A DNA stretch of 63,129 nucleotides, counting the filler. It is 5 parts of 5 records of this genome, joined end to end, with 100 filler letters (N's around TTAATTAATTAA, not from the genome) between each part and the next. Parts side by side here need not be neighbours in the genome. Positions count along the whole stretch, not along the records: positions 27,444 to 40,583 come from SRR31156797_1713; 4 more parts are not named here. One strand, given 5' to 3'. Positions 29,927 through 39,545 of this stretch are shown here, piece after piece. The translations under genes were made by a program, and so were the position numbers. The notes beneath the pieces were generated by a model that had not been told where the DNA came from, did no database searches, and saw nothing but the letters and a program-made list of their open reading frames with translations. The first letter of the stretch is position 1. Each line of letters opens with the position of its first letter.

Positions 29927-31099
29927 TTATTTATTGTAACTTAGGATTTTTTCCACATATCTTTTTGTTCTCATTCCAACTAAAATTCTAGTAACAAACT
30001 CTTGCTCTTCTAAATATTTTAGTGCATATAAATCAATTGGTTCTTTTATCTCTAACTCTTCACTAACTTTTTTAGAGATTTTATTTTTTACATTGTTTTT
30101 GTAGCCATCTAAAAAGTTATCTACAAGTTGGAAATATATGGGGTCAAGTTCAATTGTATTTACAATATAAGGAATAACTTGGTATTCAATAATATCATCA
30201 ACATCTCCAGCCCATCTGTATTCACTCTCAATACTAAGTAGTTGGTTCAAAGCTTCTTGAAAATCATCATTTGGTATCTCTTTCACTTGACTCAATAGAT
30301 TATCATAGTTTATACATTCACTATAACTTGCAAGTCTTAGCATACTATCTTTGTACATTGCATTTAAAGGTCTATTTACATGAACTTCAAGACCATTTTC
30401 ATGTGCCCATTTTGCAGCATTTATACCTTCATGTTCAAACATATTCATTGGTAGTTGTATAACTTTGAAGTGGTGGTTTTCTCCAGCAATTTCTTTTGCG
30501 TAAGCAAGTAGATGTTTATATTCTAAAAAGTGAATATCACTTCTTTTTTTTGAAAAAGAGTTAGAGCTTATACCGTAGGCTTTTATTTTTCCATCTTTGA
30601 CTCTTTCTTCAAGAAGAGCAAAGGCTTTTTTTATTCTTAATTGCATAGTTTTATGGTGCTCTAATATTTGTTCTTGAGACATTCCTGTTTTTACCTCTTT
30701 TAGTAAATAGTATTCAGGATTATGAAGTAAGTAAACATCAATATAATCTGTATTTAGTCTTTCTAAACTATTATGTATTTGTTGGTCAATAAATGATTGA
30801 GAGATAGAGTGAAAGCAATCACTATCATATCTAACTAAATCATCAACTTCATAAGAGCCTCCTTGAACTTTTTTTAACAATTCCCCTTGTATGTAACCAC
30901 CTTTTGTAACTATAGTAAAGTCTTCTCTTTTTCTATTTTCTAAAGCTCTTCCTATTAGAATCTCTGCATCTCCATGCATATAGTTTGCTGATGTATCTAT
31001 ATGAGTTATTCCATTGTCCAAAGCATATCTTAGAGCTTCTGTATGGATTGGGTTTTGATAAGTTGTTCTGTAAGTTCCAAATGAATATTTTGATAGCAT
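29927..31099 (-). CDS. Aldo/keto reductase
   Basis: SFGTYR, HIDTSANYMHGDAE, VTKGGY, SLERLNTDYIDVYLLHNPE, KIKAYGISSN, ILVGMR. Confidence 0.9.
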   Translation of the reverse strand: MLSKYSFGTYRTTYQNPIHTEALRYALDNGITHIDTSANYMHGDAEILIGRALENRKREDFTIVTKGGYIQGELLKKVQGGSYEVDDLVRYDSDCFHSISQSFIDQQIHNSLERLNTDYIDVYLLHNPEYYLLKEVKTGMSQEQILEHHKTMQLRIKKAFALLEERVKDGKIKAYGISSNSFSKKRSDIHFLEYKHLLAYAKEIAGENHHFKVIQLPMNMFEHEGINAAKWAHENGLEVHVNRPLNAMYKDSMLRLASYSECINYDNLLSQVKEIPNDDFQEALNQLLSIESEYRWAGDVDDIIEYQVIPYIVNTIELDPIYFQLVDNFLDGYKNNVKNKISKKVSEELEIKEPIDLYALKYLEEQEFVTRILVGMRTKRYVEKILSYNK

Positions 31100-31127
31100 T
31101 AATTAACCTTTTTGATTTTAAGGGAAT

Positions 31128-31156
31128 ATTATATACAAAAACTATACCTTTGACAA
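31128..31156 (-). promoter_or_regulatory. Sigma70-type promoter for the AKR gene
   Basis: Minus strand TTGTCA-N17-TATAAT about 30 nt upstream of the AKR start. Confidence 0.55.
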
Positions 31157-31160
31157 TATG

Positions 31161-31176
31161 GGGTATGAATATTGCA
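31161..31176 (+). promoter_or_regulatory. Putative sigma54 -24/-12 promoter
   Basis: gGG-TATGAATATT-GCa (GG-N10-GC with TTGCA); predicted +1 falls at about 31187, next to the ATG at 31188. Confidence 0.45.
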
Positions 31177-31187
31177 TATACAAAAAC

Positions 31188-31751
31188 ATGGAAAGAACTT
31201 ATGATTTAGAAACATACGATAGATTTTTAGGTGAGTTTAAAGAGCATGGAAATCACTGGGATAAAATAGAAAAAAGAACAGCAACACTTTTTCAAGTTTT
31301 AATTGATGGAGATTTAAAAGAACTTGTTTTTGTTTTAGAACATTATCCTAAATATATTAGGATTGTATGTGACCACTTTAGGTATCTTTATAACTATTCA
31401 GAACAAGAGGGTGATATATATGCAGCTTCAAGACTTTTGACGATGAGTGAAGGTTACCATCAAAAACAGTTTGTTAGAAACTTAGTTAGAAAGTTAAAAA
31501 AAATAGAAGAGTATGATATCTCATCTTTAAAAACTTTTTTGGATGAACTAATATCAAACCAAGAAAAAATCCATCCAATAATAATAAACTACTACAAAGT
31601 TGAAGTGGAAAAAAATATTAAAAACAACAACTATCATAAACTACAAATAAAAGTTATTGAAAAAAATTTAAATAAACTAGAAGCTGATGATAGCTTTGAT
31701 TTTACTGCAAGTGATAGGGATGCAAATCTTGATATACCATATATGGAATAA
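31188..31751 (+). CDS. Hypothetical alpha-helical protein, paralogue B
   Basis: ORF track start 31158, likely start MERTYD at 31188; 44/139 identities with paralogue A; acidic C-terminal tail. Confidence 0.8.
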   Translation: MERTYDLETYDRFLGEFKEHGNHWDKIEKRTATLFQVLIDGDLKELVFVLEHYPKYIRIVCDHFRYLYNYSEQEGDIYAASRLLTMSEGYHQKQFVRNLVRKLKKIEEYDISSLKTFLDELISNQEKIHPIIINYYKVEVEKNIKNNNYHKLQIKVIEKNLNKLEADDSFDFTASDRDANLDIPYME

Positions 31752-31760
31752 GGAGAAAAA

Positions 31761-32183
31761 ATGTTTTATAAAAAAAAGAGTATAACTTTTTATGAAAAAT
31801 CAGGGTGTTTAGGAAATAAAAAACAAAAAGAACTTTTAAAAGCAAATGGCATTGAGTTTGAAGTAAAATCGATGCTTGATACAAAATGGGATTTTTATAC
31901 TTTAAATAGTTTCTTTAAAGATTTAGACAAGAAAGATATTATAAATGAATTTGCACCTAAAATAAAAAGTGGCGAGATTAATATAGGCAAATATTCAAAA
32001 GATGAATTAGTATCTTTAATGCTCGAAGAGCCTATTTTGATAAAAAGACCACTTATAGTAATCGATGATATAAAAATTTGTGGTTTTGATGTATCAAAAT
32101 TAAACAAAGTACTGAATCTTAATCTTGATTCAAAAAAGAAGATTGGAACTTGCCAAAGTGGTGATTCTTGTAAAAATGTTTAA
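31761..32183 (+). CDS. ArsC/Spx-family protein, nitrogenase-associated (NifO-like) subtype
   Basis: ITFYEKSGCLGNKKQKELL, W..TL..FF, APKIKSGEI, PILIKRPL, CGFD match the FYEKPGCxxNxxQK subtype; SD AGGAG. Confidence 0.8.
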   Translation: MFYKKKSITFYEKSGCLGNKKQKELLKANGIEFEVKSMLDTKWDFYTLNSFFKDLDKKDIINEFAPKIKSGEINIGKYSKDELVSLMLEEPILIKRPLIVIDDIKICGFDVSKLNKVLNLNLDSKKKIGTCQSGDSCKNV

Positions 32184-32232
32184 CTTCTAAAAAAGGTATA
32201 AATAATATAATAAATCAAAAAGTGAGTTATTT

Positions 32233-33792
32233 ATGCCAAAACTATTTAAAGACTTCATATTTTTTGGAGCATTAATTGTAATACTTTTATCTATTTATCA
32301 TCCAATTTTTTTATGGACAATTCCATTTTATCTATTCTTTTTGTTACTTGGACTTTATGATATTAAACAAACTAAGCATTCATTATGGAGAAATTTCCCT
32401 ATTCTTGGTCATATGAGATGGATTTTAGAAGAATTAAGACCACCTTTTAGACAATACTTTATTGAATCAGATATCGATGGAGTTCCTATAAACAGACAAC
32501 AAAGAAGTGTTGTTTATAGACGCTCAAAAAAATTACCAAGCACTGTTCCCTTTGGTACAGAACTTGATGTTTATAAACCAGGTTACGAATGGATTGGTCA
32601 CTCTTTAAATGCAAAAAAAGCAAAAGATTTAGATACAAACCCAAAAGTGTTAATTGGTGGAAAAGATTGTAAAAAATCTTATAAAGCATCAATACTAAAT
32701 ATCTCTGCAATGAGTTTTGGAGCATTAAGTTCAAATGCAGTGTTAGCTTTAGGACAAGGTGCAAAAATAGGTGGCTTTGCACTAAATACAGGTGAGGGTG
32801 GATTAAGTAGGTATCATCTTGCTACAAATGCTGATTTAATCTGGCAAGTTGGAACTGGATATTTTGGATGCAGAGATCAAAATGGAAACTTTGATTCTGA
32901 AAAATTTAAAGAAAAAGCTCACCATGAAAATGTAAAAATGATTGAAATAAAACTTTCTCAAGGTGCCAAACCAGGTCATGGTGGGATTTTACCTGCAAAT
33001 AAAAATACAAAAGAGATAGCTGAGGATAGAGGAGTTACTGTTAATACTAGAGTTGATTCTCCTCCAACTCATAGTACCTTTAATACTCCAGAGGGTTTAC
33101 TTAGTTTTGTCGATAAATTAAGAGATTTAAGTGGAGGAAAACCTGTAGGTTTTAAACTTTGTGTTGGAAGAAAAGAGGAGTTTATAAATATCTGTAAAGC
33201 AATAGTTGATACTGGAATAAAACCAGATTTTATAACTGTTGATGGAGGAGAAGGTGGAACTGGTGCTGCACCTTTGGAATACACAAATTCAGTTGGTATG
33301 CCACTAAGAGAAGCTTTGGTTTTTGTTATAGATTGTTTGATTGGATTTGGTTTAAAAACTGATATCAAAGTTATTGCTTCTGGAAAAATACTAAATGGGA
33401 TGGATATAGTAAGAGCCTTAGCAATAGGTGCTGATTTATGTGCAAGTGCAAGAGGAATGATGTTATCTTTAGGTTGTATTCAAGCTTTACAATGTCATAA
33501 AAATACATGTCCAACTGGTGTTGCTACACAAGATAAAAGATTAGCAAAAGGTTTAGTAGTTGAGGACAAAAAACAAAGAGTTGCAAACTTCCATGAGGTT
33601 ACAGTTGAAAGTTTTGTTGAGATTTTAGCTTCAGCAGGTTTAGAAAAGCCTAGTCAGTTAAATAGAACTCATATATTTAGAAGACTTGATGAGGTTAATT
33701 ATAAAAGATATGATGAGATTTTTACTCCAATGAAAAATGGAGATTTATTATCTGAACCTTATCCTAAAGATTACAAAAGGTTTGTATCTTAA
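32233..33792 (+). CDS. FMN-binding glutamate synthase-family protein (YerD-like)
   Basis: N-terminal TM; NISAMSFGALS, NTGEGG, EIKLSQGAKPGHGG, DGGEGGTGAAP, GCIQALQCHKNTCPTGVATQD. Confidence 0.93.
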   Translation: MPKLFKDFIFFGALIVILLSIYHPIFLWTIPFYLFFLLLGLYDIKQTKHSLWRNFPILGHMRWILEELRPPFRQYFIESDIDGVPINRQQRSVVYRRSKKLPSTVPFGTELDVYKPGYEWIGHSLNAKKAKDLDTNPKVLIGGKDCKKSYKASILNISAMSFGALSSNAVLALGQGAKIGGFALNTGEGGLSRYHLATNADLIWQVGTGYFGCRDQNGNFDSEKFKEKAHHENVKMIEIKLSQGAKPGHGGILPANKNTKEIAEDRGVTVNTRVDSPPTHSTFNTPEGLLSFVDKLRDLSGGKPVGFKLCVGRKEEFINICKAIVDTGIKPDFITVDGGEGGTGAAPLEYTNSVGMPLREALVFVIDCLIGFGLKTDIKVIASGKILNGMDIVRALAIGADLCASARGMMLSLGCIQALQCHKNTCPTGVATQDKRLAKGLVVEDKKQRVANFHEVTVESFVEILASAGLEKPSQLNRTHIFRRLDEVNYKRYDEIFTPMKNGDLLSEPYPKDYKRFVS

Positions 33793-33795
33793 AAA

Positions 33796-33811
33796 GGGAA
33801 TACTATTTGCA
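33796..33811 (+). promoter_or_regulatory. Putative sigma54 -24/-12 promoter
   Basis: gGG-AATACTATTT-GCa (GG-N10-GC) about 35 nt upstream of ATG 33845. Confidence 0.5.
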
Positions 33812-33844
33812 TACTTAATTGGAATTATATTATAAGGAAAAAAA

Positions 33845-34408
33845 ATGGCAACTCCAATTGAGTTTATCAAAGAAAATGAATTAGCATGGCAACCATCTTT
33901 TAGTGGGGAATTAAGTGACGGTACTTATGGATATAGAGGAGCACTTATTATTGAAGCTGGGAAACAAATTTCACCAGATAGAAAACTTCCTCCAAAAATT
34001 CAAGCGAAACAAGTAATTATGATCTCTGAGGCTGAAGAGATTAAATTTTTCGCTTGTGAATTAGATAGTTTTCATGACTTAGCACCAATGGTTGCTAAAT
34101 ATAAAGGTTTCTTTACTAATGGTTTATACTTATTATATGTTACAGATTTAGAAAAAGCTGGTACATTTGAGTATGAAGGAGTTAAATTTACTGCATTACC
34201 ATTAGATGAGAGTTCAGTTTGGAATGAACTTTTAGAGTTAGCTGAATTAGAAAAAAGTGATATGAAAGCACTTAAAAAACAAGAAGAAAAAATCGAAACT
34301 CTTTTTGATGAATTAACTTCTGTAGATGTAGAAGAAGAATCAAAATCATATGAAGAGATGTTAACTTTTGTAGGAGAAAGTTCTAAACAACTTATGGGAG
34401 CAGTTTAA
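33845..34408 (+). CDS. Hypothetical acidic protein (187 aa)
   Basis: Clean ORF, SD AAGGA, short hairpin (GAGCAGTT-TAAT-AACTGCTT) at the stop; no family recognised. Confidence 0.8.
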   Translation: MATPIEFIKENELAWQPSFSGELSDGTYGYRGALIIEAGKQISPDRKLPPKIQAKQVIMISEAEEIKFFACELDSFHDLAPMVAKYKGFFTNGLYLLYVTDLEKAGTFEYEGVKFTALPLDESSVWNELLELAELEKSDMKALKKQEEKIETLFDELTSVDVEEESKSYEEMLTFVGESSKQLMGAV

Positions 34409-34454
34409 TAACTGCTTTCACTACATATTCAAACTATTTAAACTATAATAACTC

Positions 34455-34937
34455 ATGAATAAAGAGTTAATAACAGAGTTTGGATATAAAAAAATAGTAA
34501 AAGAGTTTAAAAACCTTTTAGAAAAAGAAAAACCTTATTGGGTAAAAGAAAAAGAGATAGCTGCACAACATGGTGATAGAAGTGAAAATGCAGAATATAT
34601 CTCAGCAAAAGAGATGATAAGAAATATCGATAAACGCTTAAGGTTTTTAGATAAAATCATAAATAATTCAACTGTAGTAGATACTACAAAAATCCCACAT
34701 ACAAAAGTAAATTTTGGTTCACAAGTAACACTTTTAGATTTAGATAGTGAAGTTGAAAAAATCTATATTATTGTAGGCACATTTGAAACAAATCCAAATG
34801 AAAATAAAATCTCAAATAAATCTCCTCTTGGAATAGCTCTTTTAGGAAAAGAACTAAATGAAGAGTTTGAATTTAAAATAAATAATCAAATTTTTGAATA
34901 TGAGGTTTTAGATATACAACTGTATCAATTTGATTAA
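34455..34937 (+). CDS. GreA/GreB-family transcription elongation factor
   Basis: AAQHGDRSENAEY, VNFGSQVTL, ISNKSPLGIALLGK. Confidence 0.93.
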   Translation: MNKELITEFGYKKIVKEFKNLLEKEKPYWVKEKEIAAQHGDRSENAEYISAKEMIRNIDKRLRFLDKIINNSTVVDTTKIPHTKVNFGSQVTLLDLDSEVEKIYIIVGTFETNPNENKISNKSPLGIALLGKELNEEFEFKINNQIFEYEVLDIQLYQFD

Positions 34938-35059
34938 AAATAACCAGAATTTCTGAAAGTAAGTTTATGTTATAATCAACTATCAATGCATAGAAATTTA
35001 AAAAAATTGGAATCTCAAATGAATCTATATTATATTTTTTCAAAGAAGGTCAACAGTTA

Positions 35060-35974
35060 GTGGATTTAAAACAATTAGAAATTTATATAAATGAAAAAAT
35101 AGAAAAAAAAGATGAAGCATATAGATTATTTCACGGAAGAGGAAACTTTTTTGACTCATACAATTATTTAACAGTTGATTCAATTGGAAAAATATTTTTT
35201 GCTGCTTTTTATGATAGAAATGCGGAAGAGGAATCTGTTATAAATATGTTGAAAAATCTGGCAGAAGATAAAAAATATTCAACTTTTATTGTTCAAAGAA
35301 GATATGATAAAAATAGTTTTTTTGAACTTATTTTTGGTCAGACAAAAGAAGAAGAGATTTATCTAGAAAACTCTTTAAAGTACTCAATAAATTTTAAAAA
35401 TCAAAATATAGGTATTTTCCCTGATATGAAGATTGGAAGAGAGTATATAAAAACAATCTCAAAAGATAAAAATGTCTTAAATCTTTTTTCATATACCTGT
35501 GCTTTTAGTGTAAGTGCCATATCTTCAGGTGCAAAAAAAGTTGTAAATGTTGATATGTCAAAAGGCGCTTTAACTACAGGAAGAAGAAACCATCATTTAA
35601 ATGATTTAGATACAAATAAAGTAAAATTTATGCCTTACAATATTTTGAAATCATGGAGTAGAATCAGAAAAGAAGCACCCTTTGATATTATAGTAATTGA
35701 CCCACCATCTTTTCAGAAAGGAAGTTTTGCAGCAACTAAAGATTATGAAAAGATAGTAAAAAAACTTGAAGAGCTTGCAAGTGATGATTGTATAGTTTTA
35801 TCATGTCTAAATGCACCAGAGTTAGACTCAAATTATATTATTGAATTATTTAAACAGAATGCTTTAAGTTTTAAATATATAAAAAAACTGGAAAACTTAG
35901 AGACTTTTCCTTCTCTTGATGAAGAAAAAAGTTTAAAAAATTTGATATTTAAAAGAGAATTATGTGACAAATGA
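35060..35974 (+). CDS. Class I SAM-dependent methyltransferase (RlmI/RlmK-like)
   Basis: RLFHGRG, QNIGIFPDM, VLNLFSYTCAFS, NVDMS, IVIDPPSF. Confidence 0.88.
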   Translation: MDLKQLEIYINEKIEKKDEAYRLFHGRGNFFDSYNYLTVDSIGKIFFAAFYDRNAEEESVINMLKNLAEDKKYSTFIVQRRYDKNSFFELIFGQTKEEEIYLENSLKYSINFKNQNIGIFPDMKIGREYIKTISKDKNVLNLFSYTCAFSVSAISSGAKKVVNVDMSKGALTTGRRNHHLNDLDTNKVKFMPYNILKSWSRIRKEAPFDIIVIDPPSFQKGSFAATKDYEKIVKKLEELASDDCIVLSCLNAPELDSNYIIELFKQNALSFKYIKKLENLETFPSLDEEKSLKNLIFKRELCDK

Positions 35975-36179
35975 AAATTTATGCCCTTTTTGTAAAAAAG
36001 AAAATGCTTGTCAAGCCTATAGTGAAAATGTTACTTGCTGGTGTAGTAAAATAGAAGTACCATCAGAACTTAGAAAGCTTGTTCCTTTCGAGTTACAAAT
36101 GAAAGCATGTATTTGCAAAGATTGTATTTTGTTTTTTAAAAAAGATAAAGAAGAGTTTATAAATAAATATAATAAATAA
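35964..36179 (+). CDS. Cysteine-rich CWC-family protein
   Basis: CPFCKKENAC, CWC, ACICKDC. Confidence 0.85.
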   Translation: MTNENLCPFCKKENACQAYSENVTCWCSKIEVPSELRKLVPFELQMKACICKDCILFFKKDKEEFINKYNK

Positions 36180-36284
36180 CAAAATAAAATTAATAGACAA
36201 CTTTTTAACAACTTTTATGTAATCTATCTTAAAATGAAACTTTGATAAAATCTTAAATTTAAAAACTAAATATTAGGATTAAAT

Positions 36285-37490
36285 ATGAATCTAAAGTCGT
36301 TAGTTACAAGATTTGCAAATGGAAACCTTGTATTACAAATCTTTATTGGGATAGTTCTTGGAGTTGTTGTTGCAACAGTTTCAAAAGATCTTGCCCTTTC
36401 TTTTTCTATCTTAGGAACATTGTTTGTTAAAGCATTAAAAGCAGTTGCTCCTATTCTTGTTTTTGTATTAGTTGCAGCCGCAATTGCAACTAAAGAGGTT
36501 GGTGTAGAAACAAAAATGAAACCAATCATCAGCTTATATGTTATTGGAACTTTTTTATCTGCATTAATTGCAGTTGCAGTAAGTTTTCTTTTTCCTGTTG
36601 ATTTACAATTTTTAGAAAATACTCAACAAGCATTAACTCCCCCTGATAGCATTATTGGTGTATTAAAAACTGTATTATTCAATATGGTAGATAATCCGAT
36701 TCATGCAATTATGTCAGGTAATTTTATTGGTGTTTTAGTATGGGCAATTGCTCTTGGTTTTGCTACACATAGTGCATCAAAAGAAACAAAGCAGATATTT
36801 TTTGATGTATCAGCAGGTGTTACAAAGATCGTAAAGTTCATAATTAGGTTAGCACCTTTTGGTATTTTTGGTTTAGTTGCAAATACTATCGCAAAAACTG
36901 GTTTTGAAACACTTTTAACTTATTCAAAACTAATTGCAGTTTTGGTTGGTACTATGTTATTTATTGCTTTTATTTTAAACCCAATAATTGTATTTATAAA
37001 AACAAGAAAAAACCCTTATCCTTTAGTTTTAACTTGTATAAAAGAGAGTGGTATTACAGCATTTTTCACAAGAAGTAGTGCGGCAAATATCCCTGTGAAT
37101 CTAAACTTATGTAAAAAGTTAGGTTTACATGAAGATACTTATTCTATCTCTATTCCTTTAGGAGCAACAACAAATATGGCAGGTGCTGCTGTAACTATTA
37201 CAGTTTTAACTTTAGCTACAGTTAATACTTTAGGTATAAATGTTGATTTTGGAACAGCAATTTTATTATGTATTGTTTCTAGTTTAGCTGCTTGTGGTAC
37301 TTCAGGAGTTGCAGGAGGTTCTATTCTTCTTATTCCTTTAGCTTGTTCATTGTTTGGTATTTCAAACGACATTGCACTACAAGTTGTTGCAACTGGTTTT
37401 GTAATTGGTGTGATTCAAGACTCTATGGAAACTGCACTAAACTCTTCAACAGATGTAGTCTTTACAGCTGCTTGTCACGAAAAGAATTAA
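36285..37490 (+). CDS. sstT: Serine/threonine:Na+ symporter SstT
   Basis: [66 protein letters not shown]. Confidence 0.95.
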   Translation: MNLKSLVTRFANGNLVLQIFIGIVLGVVVATVSKDLALSFSILGTLFVKALKAVAPILVFVLVAAAIATKEVGVETKMKPIISLYVIGTFLSALIAVAVSFLFPVDLQFLENTQQALTPPDSIIGVLKTVLFNMVDNPIHAIMSGNFIGVLVWAIALGFATHSASKETKQIFFDVSAGVTKIVKFIIRLAPFGIFGLVANTIAKTGFETLLTYSKLIAVLVGTMLFIAFILNPIIVFIKTRKNPYPLVLTCIKESGITAFFTRSSAANIPVNLNLCKKLGLHEDTYSISIPLGATTNMAGAAVTITVLTLATVNTLGINVDFGTAILLCIVSSLAACGTSGVAGGSILLIPLACSLFGISNDIALQVVATGFVIGVIQDSMETALNSSTDVVFTAACHEKN

Positions 37491-37508
37491 GCTTCGGCTT
37501 GGTTCTTT
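37481..37508 (+). terminator. Intrinsic terminator after sstT
   Basis: AAAGAATTAAGC-TTCG-GCTTGGTTCTTT. Confidence 0.7.
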
Positions 37509-37587
37509 ATTAATTTTATTCCTTTAGCTTCTTAACTAAAAAAAATAGATAAAATCTTTCTTCATTTTACACATAGGAAAATAAATA

Positions 37588-38826
37588 ATGATTGAAAAAA
37601 ATCGTTGGTTAATGGCACTTGCTGCTGTAGGTGTCCATATTTGCATCGGGTCGGTGTACGCGTGGAGTGTGTATGTAAAACCTATTCAAGAGCAATTATA
37701 TTGGAGTTTGACAGATGTTACAATCTCTTTTAGTATTGCAATTTTCTTTTTAGGTTTATCTGCCGCACTTATGGGGAAGTTTGTTGAGAAAAATGGTCCA
37801 AGAGTATCAGCTTTAATTGCTGCTTCACTTTTTGGTGTGGGAACTATGGGATCGGGACTTGCCATACTTATGGAGTCGAAGTTCTTATTATACTTTTTTT
37901 ACGGAGTTTTAGGTGGATGTGGATTAGGGATAGGATATATTTCACCTGTTTCAACTTTAGTAAAGTGGTTCCCAGATAAAAGAGGAATGGCTACTGGTTT
38001 AGCAATTATGGGATTTGGTTTTGCATCTGCAATATGGGGTCCTACTATTAAAATTTTAATAGAAAAAGTTGGAATTGCAAGTACATTTTTTATTTTAGGT
38101 GCCATTTATTTTGCAATCATGTTTACATCTGCATTATATCTTCAAAAACCAAAAGAGGATTATATGCCAGAGAAGTTTAAGAAGAAGATAAAAGAGGGTA
38201 AAAAGAAAATCAAAAAAGATTTAGAAAACCTTTCTTTAAAAGAAGCAATAAAGACACCAAGATTTTATGGTCTTTGGTTAATGCTTTTTATAAATGTAAC
38301 TTGTGGTATTGCAATCATTGGAGTTGCTTCACCATTACTTCAAGAAGTAGTAGGTATCTCAGCAATAGCAGCAGCTGCAGCAGTTGGTCTTATGGGGGTA
38401 TTTAATGGAGCAGGGCGATTGTTTTGGGCTTCATTATCTGATTTTTTAACAAGACCAGTTGTTTATATAATCTTCTTTGCTACACAAATTGTTGCATTTT
38501 ATATGTTGCCATCAATTAGTGAGATTGTTGTATTTCAAGTCGTACTATATTTTATTATGAGTTGTTATGGTGGAGGATTTGCTTCAATTCCTGCATATAT
38601 TGGAGATATCTTTGGAACAAAAGAGTTAGGTGCTATTCATGGATATATTTTAACAGCATGGGCAGCAGCTGGTTTAGTTGGTCCTTTAATCATCTCAATT
38701 GTAAAAGATATGACAGGAAGTTATGCTCAAACACTTTATGTTTTTGCAGGATTTTTTGTTGTTGCATTGCTTATTTCGATTTTGATGTTAGTAAATATCA
38801 AAAAACTAAAGAAGAATTTACATTAA
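37588..38826 (+). CDS. OFA-family MFS transporter (oxalate:formate antiporter / lactate transporter-like)
   Basis: KNRW, CIGSVYAWSV, PVSTLVKWFPDKRGMATGLAIMGFG, CYGGGF, IHGYILTAW. Confidence 0.92.
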   Translation: MIEKNRWLMALAAVGVHICIGSVYAWSVYVKPIQEQLYWSLTDVTISFSIAIFFLGLSAALMGKFVEKNGPRVSALIAASLFGVGTMGSGLAILMESKFLLYFFYGVLGGCGLGIGYISPVSTLVKWFPDKRGMATGLAIMGFGFASAIWGPTIKILIEKVGIASTFFILGAIYFAIMFTSALYLQKPKEDYMPEKFKKKIKEGKKKIKKDLENLSLKEAIKTPRFYGLWLMLFINVTCGIAIIGVASPLLQEVVGISAIAAAAAVGLMGVFNGAGRLFWASLSDFLTRPVVYIIFFATQIVAFYMLPSISEIVVFQVVLYFIMSCYGGGFASIPAYIGDIFGTKELGAIHGYILTAWAAAGLVGPLIISIVKDMTGSYAQTLYVFAGFFVVALLISILMLVNIKKLKKNLH

Positions 38827-38852
38827 AAAACAAACATATAAAGCTAAAAGCT

Positions 38853-39545
38853 TTATATGTTTCTTACATCTATAAAAGAGCCACTCTTAAACTCATCAAT
38901 TCTATTTATAACATCATTTAGTCTTTGTGCTGCATCTAGTGGTTGTTGTATCTCTCCACTTTTTAGAATTTTTGCAGAAGTAAATATATTGTCATCTACA
39001 TCAAACCTTATTACATCAGTCATTGGTGTTTCTATAACACCTGGAGCAACTGCTAAGAGCTTTGTTTCAAGCATCTCTTTTGAATATAGATTTATCAACA
39101 TATTTAAAGAGGATTTAGAAAGAGAATAAGCACCCCATCCTTTAGAGCCATTTTTTGAAGCCCCAGATGATATACCTATTATAGTAGAGATTTTTGTTTG
39201 AGATAAAATATCTAATAGTTCTTTATTTGCAAAAACATTTATATCTAAAACCTTTTTTATCTCAAGTGTAGATAAATTTTTCATCTCTTTTATTTCACCT
39301 AGAACTCCTGCATTTAAATATGCTACTTCAATGTTTTCAATCTTTTGAATAAAAGGTGTTAGTTCATTTTTAATATTTTCGATATTTGATAAGTCAAACT
39401 CTTTAAAGAAAAAGTTTTTATTTGATAGTTTTGGTTTTCTTCTACTTATACCATAAACATTAAAGCCTTTTTCTAAATAATAAGTAGTCAGTGCAAAACC
39501 TAATCCAGAACTACATCCTGTGATAAGAATATTTTTATTTGTCAT
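38853..39545 (-). CDS. SDR oxidoreductase (sepiapterin/benzil reductase-like)
   Basis: ITGCSSGLG, LNAG, ISSGAS, YSLSK, APGVIETPM; ATGA overlap with the upstream gene. Confidence 0.88.
   Translation of the reverse strand: MTNKNILITGCSSGLGFALTTYYLEKGFNVYGISRRKPKLSNKNFFFKEFDLSNIENIKNELTPFIQKIENIEVAYLNAGVLGEIKEMKNLSTLEIKKVLDINVFANKELLDILSQTKISTIIGISSGASKNGSKGWGAYSLSKSSLNMLINLYSKEMLETKLLAVAPGVIETPMTDVIRFDVDDNIFTSAKILKSGEIQQPLDAAQRLNDVINRIDEFKSGSFIDVRNI

Noticed and set aside
31131-31150. Third sigma54-like motif on the minus strand (GG-N10-GT) for the AKR
   Set aside because: Lacks the conserved C, and the same bases fit a sigma70 promoter better
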